From NCBI GenBank assembly GCA_024277855.1, contig JAJRUJ010000082.1, positions 3,537-67,536 of the forward strand: 64,000 nucleotides of DNA, in the 5' to 3' direction. Of this stretch, positions 19,877 through 28,337 are shown one piece after another (the first letter of the stretch is position 1; every line of letters begins with the position of its first letter). The notes beneath the pieces are model-generated. The model did no database searches and had not been told where the DNA came from. It saw only the letters and a program-made list of their open reading frames with translations. The translations under genes were made by a program, and so were the position numbers. The DNA comes from Candidatus Zixiibacteriota bacterium (GTDB lineage: Bacteria; Zixibacteria; MSB-5A5; WJJR01; JAJRUJ01).

Positions 19877-22468
19877 TTACTTGATCACGACGATTTTACC
19901 GACTTGATTGCCCCAGTCGGATTCGATCGAGTAGAGATAGATGCCCGACGTAATTGCCTGGGTGTTGCGCGTAATCAAATCCCAGGCCGTGTGGGAGGGG
20001 GTGTCCGAAAAGCGGCTCTCCGGGTGATGTAACTCGCGGATCAGGTCGCCGTCTAAAGAGAAGATTTTAATCGTCGCTTTTGGCGGCAGGTTGACAAAGT
20101 GAATCCGTCGCACGCGTTCCTTGAAACCCTCATGATTGGGGTCTTCATATCCCCGGCCGCGATAATCGGCGTCGATTTTATACGGATTGGTATAGACCGA
20201 AACGTTCAACCGATTTTCCTGAACATATTCCGGTGAATACGACGGATAGGCCAATTGCAGGTTTGATTGTGGTGGTGATTCGAGCGGGCCGAGATCGCCC
20301 GCGGCATATCCCTGGTCAAACGCGGTCACGGCAAAATAGTACGGCTGGCTCGGCAGTAAGTTGTCGATGACGCACTCGTAATGGCCGAACAACTGCCAGC
20401 TCTGGCTGTCGTCATCCCAGAGCGAATCGGTGCGGACATATTGAATCGGATTGTCGACGACTCGTCCGTATTCGACATACTCATTGCCCCGGTTGCCGCC
20501 ATGCGGCACGAAATAAAACTGCTCGCCGGAATCGTCGGTATACACCGAATTCCGGTCGGGATACTCTTCCGGGATAAAATCGGCGCCGAGCATGCTCTGC
20601 AGCTGTTCCAGCGTGAACGGTGGCTCGTTGCAAACCCAGGGCGAGGGCCGGGCGGTGGGGATAAAACGATACCGGTCATAGTTGACCACATCCCATGAGC
20701 AGACCAGGTTCAGCGAGTTGACATCGGAACCGATCCCACTGTAGACGCTGTAACCTTCGAAATCCCGCGTTTGAGAGAAGGGATCAAAAAACGGTTCGCA
20801 GACCTTCCCGCTCCAGGTAATCCGCACGGTATATGGCTCGGTAGATATTTTGATTTCGGGTGACGGCGGCGGCGGGGGCGTCCGGAGGTCGGGGATGCCA
20901 TCGCCAACATAATAAAACGAATCGCAGACTTCATAATTATCAAAACAGACATCATAACAAAATACTGAATCGCCATCCTCGAAACATTTTTCGAAGCATA
21001 CATTATCTTCCCGCCGGCAATTGACGCCGTATTTCCTCCCCGAGCAGCCGTCGCCATCGGTATCGATCCCTGGATTGTCGTAGACCCGTGAGGCCCATTG
21101 GAGATTCCTGGTCAAGTCTGAGAAATCGACATTCTTGAACCACTCGTTCGGGTTTTTGGAGAGGTTTTTTCGATTGCCGGCATCGCGATGAAAAAGTTCA
21201 CCCCCGGCAAAGGCAACGGTAAACGGTATCGTCTCGCCGGGCTCCAGTTCAAGCGGACCGATAGAATAGAGTATACATACGTCGTGTCCATCGGCAATAT
21301 TATATACTTCGCCCTCCTTTATATCCCGTATACCGAACGGCGGAATCCAGCCGCTTTCGGTCGAATCGTCGTTCGCCAAATATTGGTCGTAATCGATTTC
21401 ACGGTTCGAAAGATAACGGTACCGTTGCGCATCTCCATAAGGACCGCCCAATTTCCCGATAATAGATCGATCACCCGGCAGTTTTTGTGGACCCCAAAAA
21501 TACGACCACCAATTGAAGGAGTAATTCGGTACGGGGGTTGCTGAAAAGCACTGATCCTGGCCCAATCCGAGGACCCGAACTCCTATGACTGAGCGGACGC
21601 TCTGCTCCCAGAAACCCTGATGATAAAGATCGCCGTCGTTGTCGGCCCACCAGGCGGCCATGATTGTATCCGCAAAGTCACCGCCGGTAGAAACGGGCGC
21701 GGTACGCATGAAGCCGACAAGATTCTCCTTACCTGCCAGCGCCTTTGTGCTCATCCGGTTCAATACTCTGGGGTATATCCATAACCCAAGCCACAAGTTG
21801 GAGATAGGGATATTTCGTAAGTTAGTCAGGGAATACTGAACAATAATGACGTCTTCCAGGTAATCATAACTCCAAACATAAGAATGCTGCCTGATGCCGA
21901 TTCCGATTGGTTTATGCGGACGGAGGGTATAATAATCCGGCAAAACGTATTCCTGGTCCATTATTGTATCGGCATATTGGCAAATCAGTTCCTCGGTGGC
22001 AATTGCTGCAGGGTCGAAATGTGGGCTATTCGGTTCGTTGCTCAGCTCCAGGAAATCCATATCTTCTGCTCCCGGGAGCCACTCCCATTGAGTGACCAGG
22101 GTATCCGCGGTGGAGCCAGATCCGAAGACTGCCCCCGCCCAAAGTTCACCCCAGTTTAGATAGTCGCAATTACTCCCGGCGGGATATTGCATGCCGGGAG
22201 CGGGGAGCCCGGTCTCGGGGTCAACTAATGAACTATAAACATTGCCAAATTCACCCCAATTGGTCATCGTCATCTGGAAGTTTCCGGCACGATGAATGCG
22301 ATATTGGGTATTGGGAGCGTCGCTGACCCCATTCGTCTGAGCCAGCTTGATAAACCGTCGATTGGATGAATCGGGGATGCTATTCTGCCCGGTGGCAGAT
22401 ACTGCAAGACAGGATATTAGAGATAATGCGATTACGACACGCAAACCGCCGAAGCCAAACCACCCCAT
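19877..22468 (-). CDS. Large secreted protein of unknown function with T9SS-like C-terminal domain
   Basis: Signal peptide after a GGGGAG SD, Pro-run linker, FnIII-like segment (YYFAVTAFD), and C-terminus VYTNPY...IHFVNLP...IKIFSLDGDLIREL...WDL...SGIYLY...GKIVVIK. Confidence 0.7.
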   Translation of the reverse strand: MGWFGFGGLRVVIALSLISCLAVSATGQNSIPDSSNRRFIKLAQTNGVSDAPNTQYRIHRAGNFQMTMTNWGEFGNVYSSLVDPETGLPAPGMQYPAGSNCDYLNWGELWAGAVFGSGSTADTLVTQWEWLPGAEDMDFLELSNEPNSPHFDPAAIATEELICQYADTIMDQEYVLPDYYTLRPHKPIGIGIRQHSYVWSYDYLEDVIIVQYSLTNLRNIPISNLWLGLWIYPRVLNRMSTKALAGKENLVGFMRTAPVSTGGDFADTIMAAWWADNDGDLYHQGFWEQSVRSVIGVRVLGLGQDQCFSATPVPNYSFNWWSYFWGPQKLPGDRSIIGKLGGPYGDAQRYRYLSNREIDYDQYLANDDSTESGWIPPFGIRDIKEGEVYNIADGHDVCILYSIGPLELEPGETIPFTVAFAGGELFHRDAGNRKNLSKNPNEWFKNVDFSDLTRNLQWASRVYDNPGIDTDGDGCSGRKYGVNCRREDNVCFEKCFEDGDSVFCYDVCFDNYEVCDSFYYVGDGIPDLRTPPPPPSPEIKISTEPYTVRITWSGKVCEPFFDPFSQTRDFEGYSVYSGIGSDVNSLNLVCSWDVVNYDRYRFIPTARPSPWVCNEPPFTLEQLQSMLGADFIPEEYPDRNSVYTDDSGEQFYFVPHGGNRGNEYVEYGRVVDNPIQYVRTDSLWDDDSQSWQLFGHYECVIDNLLPSQPYYFAVTAFDQGYAAGDLGPLESPPQSNLQLAYPSYSPEYVQENRLNVSVYTNPYKIDADYRGRGYEDPNHEGFKERVRRIHFVNLPPKATIKIFSLDGDLIRELHHPESRFSDTPSHTAWDLITRNTQAITSGIYLYSIESDWGNQVGKIVVIK

Positions 22469-22558
22469 CACACTCCCCCTAAAAGCCATTGCTATCTTTT
22501 GCTAAACATATGATCTTAAGTAATAATATCATCCGCCGCAACCTGGAGTTTTCATTCT

Positions 22559-22801
22559 TTATTCACAATTGCAATTTGCATCGCAGACTGTTTCTCTTTG
22601 CTTACAGGTCCTCCCATCCCAATCTCCCCATTTCCAGCCGTCTGGATTCCCTCCACAAAGAGTATAACAATTGATAATTTTGCAACAGTTTGTATCGCTT
22701 GCTACGGCTTTCTCCAAACCATTGGTGGTCAAAAACGAGAAGCAAAGCGCGAGAGTGAAGAGAAAGAGTAGACAATAACTGCGAAGCGACTTTCGGTTCA
22801 T
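22559..22801 (-). CDS. Small secreted Cys-rich peptide (8 Cys in mature part)
   Basis: GGGAGG SD 7-8 nt before ATG, basic N-terminus plus hydrophobic core and AVA cleavage site, mature region SDTNCCKIINCYTLC...TCKQRETVCDANCNCE. Confidence 0.75.
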   Translation of the reverse strand: MNRKSLRSYCLLFLFTLALCFSFLTTNGLEKAVASDTNCCKIINCYTLCGGNPDGWKWGDWDGRTCKQRETVCDANCNCE

Positions 22802-22822
22802 ACAGTACCTCCCTTCCGATTT

Positions 22823-23386
22823 TCATGTCCCGGTTGCGGCATTTATCTTTATGATCCGTTCGAATATTTGCGGCGATATCTTGCCGCTGATTATATCGTG
22901 GATTTTATTTTCACGATCGATAATTATTGAAAATGGATAGACGCTGAGGCCCAATTCGCGTCCATATTCTTCGTCCTGATCAATCAGGATCAGCGCAGAG
23001 ATTTTGTGTGAACGGAGAAATTCTCCTACTACTTCAGGGTCTTCAGGAGTGATAAATACGAAATATCGGTATGCGGAACTGTCTTTGCAGGCCTCACCGA
23101 ATGCATAGAAATCATCAACACACAAATCGCAGGTAGTGTAGAAAAATGAGATGAGGGTCCTTTCTGACACGATTTCAGAGAGCCAAACGTCATCGCCATG
23201 CAGATCGGTGAGCCGATGGTCGGGCAGGATTCCTCCGACGGAGATAGTATTCATCTCCGCCAGGAGAGATGCCGTCTGTTCGCGCTGTTGCTCTGCTTTC
23301 TCGCCGGCAACATAGTATTTTGCTCCCAGTTTGCCGAGAAGTAGCGCCATTACGGCGACGCCGGTAATGATGACGGTAACAATCAT
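22823..23386 (-). CDS. Membrane-anchored redoxin (TlpA/AhpC-TSA-like thiol-disulfide protein)
   Basis: N-terminal TM helix, HRLTDLHGDDV.LS, FFYTTCDLC (CxxC), and YPFSIIIDRENKI cis-Pro loop. Confidence 0.8.
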   Translation of the reverse strand: MIVTVIITGVAVMALLLGKLGAKYYVAGEKAEQQREQTASLLAEMNTISVGGILPDHRLTDLHGDDVWLSEIVSERTLISFFYTTCDLCVDDFYAFGEACKDSSAYRYFVFITPEDPEVVGEFLRSHKISALILIDQDEEYGRELGLSVYPFSIIIDRENKIHDIISGKISPQIFERIIKINAATGT

Positions 23387-23774
23387 CGCACATATCGGTC
23401 AATTTAAGCGTGCGGCCGGAAATCGTAAAAATTTGCGGGGCCAATTGTCCCTCATATATGATCACATCCACCGAATCGGCGGACCAGGCGGATAATTCGC
23501 GACCGATTGTGTACGCCTTTCGCGATTCCAACACACCATTCCGATAGATTTCCAGCACACCATTACCGCAAATTCGCAACGTCCTGGTGTACCCTTCTGA
23601 TGCGGGCGTTCGTGTTCCTCCGGTAAATCCTCCGGACGAACTTTCCCATCTCCATTCTCCAATCAACGCCGGTTGAATCGGAGCAGTCGTCGACCCGCTC
23701 GATGAACATCCCACGACTATTCCGGCGACTAAAGAGAACCAGAGAAATAGTCTACACATCGTTATTGATTTCAC
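23190..23774 (-). CDS. Hypothetical lipoprotein (lipocalin-like beta fold); 3' end overlaps the redoxin gene
   Basis: Lipobox IVVGC, LIGEWRWESSSGGFTG, and LKLTDMCDDCYRHHY. The C-terminal roughly 55 aa look like read-through. Confidence 0.65.
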   Translation of the reverse strand: MKSITMCRLFLWFSLVAGIVVGCSSSGSTTAPIQPALIGEWRWESSSGGFTGGTRTPASEGYTRTLRICGNGVLEIYRNGVLESRKAYTIGRELSAWSADSVDVIIYEGQLAPQIFTISGRTLKLTDMCDDCYRHHYRRRRNGATSRQTGSKILCCRRESRATARTDGISPGGDEYYLRRRNPARPSAHRSAWR

Positions 23775-24015
23775 AGTCGGCCTCCCTACGGAGTCATTCT
23801 CTCCGGGAATCAGGATTGCGACGGCATTGACCTTTATCCTCAGTACACGTGGGATCAGTTTTTCTTACGGGATTTCTCTTTTTCTTCACCGATTGACTTA
23901 ATCGCAGACAATACTCTAAGATATTAATCGTAAATGAGTTAAACCCCGGGATTCCCGCCCCATCATGCTTTCTGTCAAATCGTCCAGTTTTTTGACGATG
24001 ATTTCTTCACCTCTC

Positions 24016-24044
24016 TTGACACTGTTGTCGATAACACGTATACC
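24016..24044 (+). promoter_or_regulatory. Sigma70-type promoter with a palindrome in the spacer
   Basis: TTGACA-17 nt-TATACC; the spacer contains the near-palindrome TGTTGTCGATAACA (24023-24036). Confidence 0.6.
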
Positions 24045-24079
24045 TAATAGTGAAGTTAAGCTATACCGTACGGTGTAGG

Positions 24080-24550
24080 ATGATGACTTGGGAAAAAAAT
24101 CACAAAACTGGCCCCAACAACAACCCGGAATATCATGAGGCGGTCATCTCCATCGGGACCGCCGCCGAGAAAGTCGGGATATCCGTCTCGGCCCTGCGCA
24201 AATATGAAAGCGAAGGACTGCTGATCTTCCAGAGGACGAAAGGCGGGCGGCGGCTTCTCTCACAGGCCGATATTCGCCGAATTGACATCATCCGTGGCCT
24301 GATCAACCGACTGGGATTGAATTTCGAGGGGATCCGGCGGTTACTGGCCATCCTTCCCTGTTGGAAAATGAAACCGTGTACCGAGGAAGAACGCGACGCC
24401 TGTCCGGCTTATCTGGACAGTGTTCAACCCTGCTGGATGTTGAAAGATTCGACGTGCGCCAAAGTCGGGATCGATTGTCGGGAATGTAATGTATATCGTT
24501 ACGGCGCTTATTTTACTGAAGATATCAAGACCCTGTTGCATTCTGGATAG
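24080..24550 (+). CDS. MerR/HspR-type HTH regulator with Cys-rich (two CW motif) C-terminal domain
   Basis: ISIGTAAEKVGISVSALRKYESEGLL...GGRRLLS HTH, followed by PCW..KPC...CPAY...PCW...C......C..CNVY. Confidence 0.85.
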   Translation: MMTWEKNHKTGPNNNPEYHEAVISIGTAAEKVGISVSALRKYESEGLLIFQRTKGGRRLLSQADIRRIDIIRGLINRLGLNFEGIRRLLAILPCWKMKPCTEEERDACPAYLDSVQPCWMLKDSTCAKVGIDCRECNVYRYGAYFTEDIKTLLHSG

Positions 24551-24641
24551 CATTGCGGCCGGGTTGAAAAAAACGGGGAACTGAAATGGCATTCCGGAAT
24601 TATCTGGTAAACTCCGCCGGAATGTCGGCGGAGGAAAACCT

Positions 24642-25544
24642 ATGACCTACCTGCACATCCTGACCTATGCATCCGTGGCGGTCTTTGTTGTGGCCATCGT
24701 GGTCCGGGCCGTGCGCCTGGCCACCACACCGGTCCATCTGCGCTGGGAACTCTACCCGGTCGCGCATGAGAAAGACCGGGTGCGTTATGGCGGTTCATAT
24801 TTCGAGGAACTTGATTGGTGGACCAAGAAACGGGAAAAGTCGATGCTCGGCGAGTTGAAGGTGATGATTCCGGAAATCCTGCTGCAGAAAGGACTCTGGG
24901 AGAATAACCGTTCGATGTGGCTGTGGTCTCTTTTGATGCACAACGGCCTTTACCTGGTCATCGGCTTTGCCGGTCTGGCAATTATCGGCGCCCTGGCCGG
25001 CACCGCGACCGAGTTCGGCTCGTTGATCAAACAGGTCGCCTACATTGTCGGCCTGATCGGCTATATCATCGGGGTAATCGGAACCGCCGGGTTGTTTGTG
25101 CTGCGAATCGGCAGCTACCGGCTGCGCAGTTTCTCACCGCCGGTCGCCTATTTTAACCTGCTTTTCCTGCTGGCACTCTTTGCCACCGGTACATATTTAT
25201 TCGCGGTCGGCAATGAACCGGTTGACGCCATCGCCGGTTTTGCCCACGAGCTAATTACCTTCTCACCGAATGCGGTACCGGCCGGGATCGGCGGCCTGCA
25301 TCTGACCATCGCCATGTTGTTTGTCTTGTATTTGCCGTTCACCCACATGACCCATTTTTTTACCAAGTATTTCACCTACCACGCGGTGCGCTGGAATGAC
25401 GAACCGAATCTGCCCGGCTCCAAGTTGGAAAAAGCCATCCAACGACAACTCGGTTACCCGGTCAGTTGGGCCGCGCCGCACCTGAAAGCCGACGGAAAAA
25501 AGAACTGGGCCGACATCGCCCTGGACACGGGGGAGGACAAGTAA
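24642..25544 (+). CDS. Second NarI/DsrM-like membrane cytochrome b
   Basis: P.HLRWELYPVAHE, LMHNGLY, and YLPFTHMTHFFTKYFTYH motifs; multiple TM helices. Confidence 0.85.
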   Translation: MTYLHILTYASVAVFVVAIVVRAVRLATTPVHLRWELYPVAHEKDRVRYGGSYFEELDWWTKKREKSMLGELKVMIPEILLQKGLWENNRSMWLWSLLMHNGLYLVIGFAGLAIIGALAGTATEFGSLIKQVAYIVGLIGYIIGVIGTAGLFVLRIGSYRLRSFSPPVAYFNLLFLLALFATGTYLFAVGNEPVDAIAGFAHELITFSPNAVPAGIGGLHLTIAMLFVLYLPFTHMTHFFTKYFTYHAVRWNDEPNLPGSKLEKAIQRQLGYPVSWAAPHLKADGKKNWADIALDTGEDK

Positions 25545-27155
25545 ATGCCCAAGCACGTCAAAATTACCGACATCGGCAAGAACCCCGGTCAACAACTGAC
25601 CCACGTCAATCTGGCCGATTTGCTGCCCCTGCCCCCACCCTATGACAAGCTCGACGAACAGCCGAAGTGGGCCAAGATCAAACCCGAGCACAAAGAAAAA
25701 TTAGAGTGCACCCTTGACGACACCATCGCCGTCGGGTTTCCCCGGCCAAAGACCAAAGAAGAGGAGCAAGAGCTGGTCGACAAGTTCCTTTCCGGTCTGG
25801 AAAAACTCCTGACCAGGGAAAACAACTGGACCTTCCTGCAGCCGCTGCTGCTCACCTTGGAACATTGCGCCAAGTGTCAAACCTGCAACGACGCCTGCCC
25901 GATTTATACTGCTTCGGGTAAAAACGATGTCTACCGCCCGACCTATCGCTCGGAGGTCTGGCGACGGATTGTCGGCAAGTATCTCAAACCCGGCGGCAAA
26001 TTCTTCGGGAAATTCACCAGTGGCGATATCGAGTTGAACTGGACGACAGTCTCGCGGTTAATGGAATTGTCCTACCGTTGCACCCTCTGCCGCCGCTGCG
26101 CGCAGACTTGCCCGATCGGTGTCGACAATGGCCTGATCACCCATGAATTGCGTAAGGTCTTCTCGCAGGAAATGGGCATTGCGCCCAGGGAGATTCACGA
26201 GAAGGGGTCGGTCCAGCAGTTGACGGTTGGCTCCTCTACCGGGATGACTCCGCTGGTGGTCAAAGACAATATTGAGTTTATCGACGAGGACATGTACGAC
26301 AGGACGGGGATCAAATATGAGACCCCGTGGGACAAAAAGGGCGCCGACATTTTGTTGATCCACAACGCCGGCGAAATCCTCGCCTGGCCGGAAAACCCCG
26401 GCGCATTTGCGATTATCCTGGAGGCGGCCGGGATGTCCTGGACGATGTCGTCGGAAAAAGTCGGGTATGACGGAATCAATTACGGCCTCTGGTACGACGA
26501 TTTCCAACTGGCCCGGGTGGCGCTTAAGCATGCCGAGATCGCCAAAAAACTCGGCGTGAAAAAAATCGTGATGGGCGAATGCGGTCACGCCCACAAGGCC
26601 ATCCAGGTAATTGCCGACCGCGTCTACCAGGGTGAATATAATATCCCCCGTGAATCGGCGATGACCCTGTTGGAAGACATTGTTTTCTCGGGAAAGATCA
26701 AATTCGATCCCGCGAAAAACGATTTCCCGGTTACCCTGCATGACCCGTGCAACATGGTCCGCCTGATGGGCATTGTCGAGCCACAACGGCGAATCCTGCG
26801 TTACCTTTGTCCGCAATTCCGTGAAATGACTCCGCACGGCGTCGAAAACTACTGTTGCGGCGGCGGGAGCGGTTTTGCGATCATGTCCGGACACAATTTC
26901 CAGGACTGGCGGCTGTCGGTCTCCGGCCGGATGAAACTCAAACAGGTGTTGGAGGCCTTCGACGATTATCCCGGGCCGGAACAGAAAAAATACCTGTGTG
27001 CCCCCTGTTCGAACTGTAAGGGTCAGCTCCGCGATTTATTTGGTTATTATAATGTCTGGGAGAAATCGCGAATCCAGTATGGCGGGCTGGTCGAGTTGAT
27101 TGTCAACGCGATGGTTGATGTCAAAGGGGAATTCATCGAGTGGGAATTCCATTAG
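25545..27155 (+). CDS. Second DsrK/HdrD-like Fe-S CCG-domain oxidoreductase
   Basis: CAKCQTCNDACP, CTLCRRCAQTCP, GECGH, HDPCN, CCGGGSG and CAPCSNC motifs. Confidence 0.88.
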   Translation: MPKHVKITDIGKNPGQQLTHVNLADLLPLPPPYDKLDEQPKWAKIKPEHKEKLECTLDDTIAVGFPRPKTKEEEQELVDKFLSGLEKLLTRENNWTFLQPLLLTLEHCAKCQTCNDACPIYTASGKNDVYRPTYRSEVWRRIVGKYLKPGGKFFGKFTSGDIELNWTTVSRLMELSYRCTLCRRCAQTCPIGVDNGLITHELRKVFSQEMGIAPREIHEKGSVQQLTVGSSTGMTPLVVKDNIEFIDEDMYDRTGIKYETPWDKKGADILLIHNAGEILAWPENPGAFAIILEAAGMSWTMSSEKVGYDGINYGLWYDDFQLARVALKHAEIAKKLGVKKIVMGECGHAHKAIQVIADRVYQGEYNIPRESAMTLLEDIVFSGKIKFDPAKNDFPVTLHDPCNMVRLMGIVEPQRRILRYLCPQFREMTPHGVENYCCGGGSGFAIMSGHNFQDWRLSVSGRMKLKQVLEAFDDYPGPEQKKYLCAPCSNCKGQLRDLFGYYNVWEKSRIQYGGLVELIVNAMVDVKGEFIEWEFH

Positions 27156-27223
27156 GGCGGATAACCGGGATCAAATTACCAATAGTCCAAGGATAAAAAG
27201 AACTGAACATAGCGAGGCGGATT

Positions 27224-27634
27224 ATGAACGAACAAGCGGCAGGACCGGGCGGGGCGGCCGGCCGGAAAATCCTTATCGTCGACGACGAACCGGATGTGGT
27301 CACTTACCTGACCACCCTTCTGGAAGACAACGGGTACACGACGGTCACCGCGGCCGACGGTAAAGAAGGCATGGCCGCCGCCAGGGCGGAAAAACCCGAC
27401 CTGATTACGCTGGATATCTCGATGCCCGAGGAGTCGGGGGTCAAGATGTTCCGGCAACTACAGGACGACCCGGAAACCAGGGAGATCAAGGTAATTATCG
27501 TTACCGGCATCAGCGCCGATTTCGAGCGGTTCATCCGCAGCCGCAAACAGGTAAGCGAACCGGATGGATATTTCGAGAAGCCAATTGACCAGCAGAAATT
27601 CCTGGCCAAGGTCAGCGAGGTCCTCGGCAGTTAA
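27224..27634 (+). CDS. Single-domain response regulator (REC)
   Basis: ILIVDDEP, PDLITLDISMP and FEKP; canonical phosphoacceptor Asp retained. Confidence 0.92.
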   Translation: MNEQAAGPGGAAGRKILIVDDEPDVVTYLTTLLEDNGYTTVTAADGKEGMAAARAEKPDLITLDISMPEESGVKMFRQLQDDPETREIKVIIVTGISADFERFIRSRKQVSEPDGYFEKPIDQQKFLAKVSEVLGS

Positions 27635-27724
27635 ACAAGATTGGTGATTGATCTGTCGGAATATTCCGGCGGACACACAAAAGTTCAAAGGCGGGGTGCG
27701 ACAGTTATCGTACCCCGTCATTGT

Positions 27725-28147
27725 TTAGCGGCTCATTCGAATCTTCTCGGCCATCTGATCAAGTTTCTCGCGTCCCGGCATACTCCGATTCACACTGTTA
27801 AACCGAAAACCGGAGCGATCACCGGTAAGCCGGGGGATCACATGCAGATGCAGATGAAAGACCTCCTGCCCGGCCACACTGCCGTTAGCCAGCAACAGAT
27901 TGGTCCCTTCGCAGGGGATGTCACTATCCTTGATTGCCTGCTCGATTTTCATCCCCACCTGGAAAATCTCGCCACCGATATCCGGCGGTATGTCTTTCAA
28001 TTCCGGGTAATGTTCTTTCGGTATAACCAGCGTATGGCCGGGATTGATCGGTACGAGATCCATGAACGCCAGCACACGCTCGGTTTCGTACACGATGCTG
28101 GCCTCCGCCTGTCCGGCGACGATTTTGCAAAAGATACAATTGTCCAT
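27725..28147 (-). CDS. HIT family nucleotide hydrolase
   Basis: CIFCKIV, GHTLVIPKEH, and the histidine triad HLHLHVIPR. Confidence 0.95.
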   Translation of the reverse strand: MDNCIFCKIVAGQAEASIVYETERVLAFMDLVPINPGHTLVIPKEHYPELKDIPPDIGGEIFQVGMKIEQAIKDSDIPCEGTNLLLANGSVAGQEVFHLHLHVIPRLTGDRSGFRFNSVNRSMPGREKLDQMAEKIRMSR

Positions 28148-28237
28148 CAGCTCATCCTTAATCGCAAATTCCGTAAGACAAGATAACGCCCGCCAACGAC
28201 CCGGCAAGGACAAACCGCCACCCGACCGGTCGACCGC

Positions 28238-28266
28238 TTGACAAGCCCGCCGGTCACGGGTATCCT
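28238..28266 (+). promoter_or_regulatory. Sigma70-type promoter
   Basis: TTGACA-17 nt-TATCCT about 70 bp upstream of the ATG at 28338. Confidence 0.65.
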
Positions 28267-28337
28267 CAACAAGGTGTTAACGGATGAATTGTCGGGGCAC
28301 CGTGCCCCGCTGTATGCCGACGCCAACAGGAGTACTG

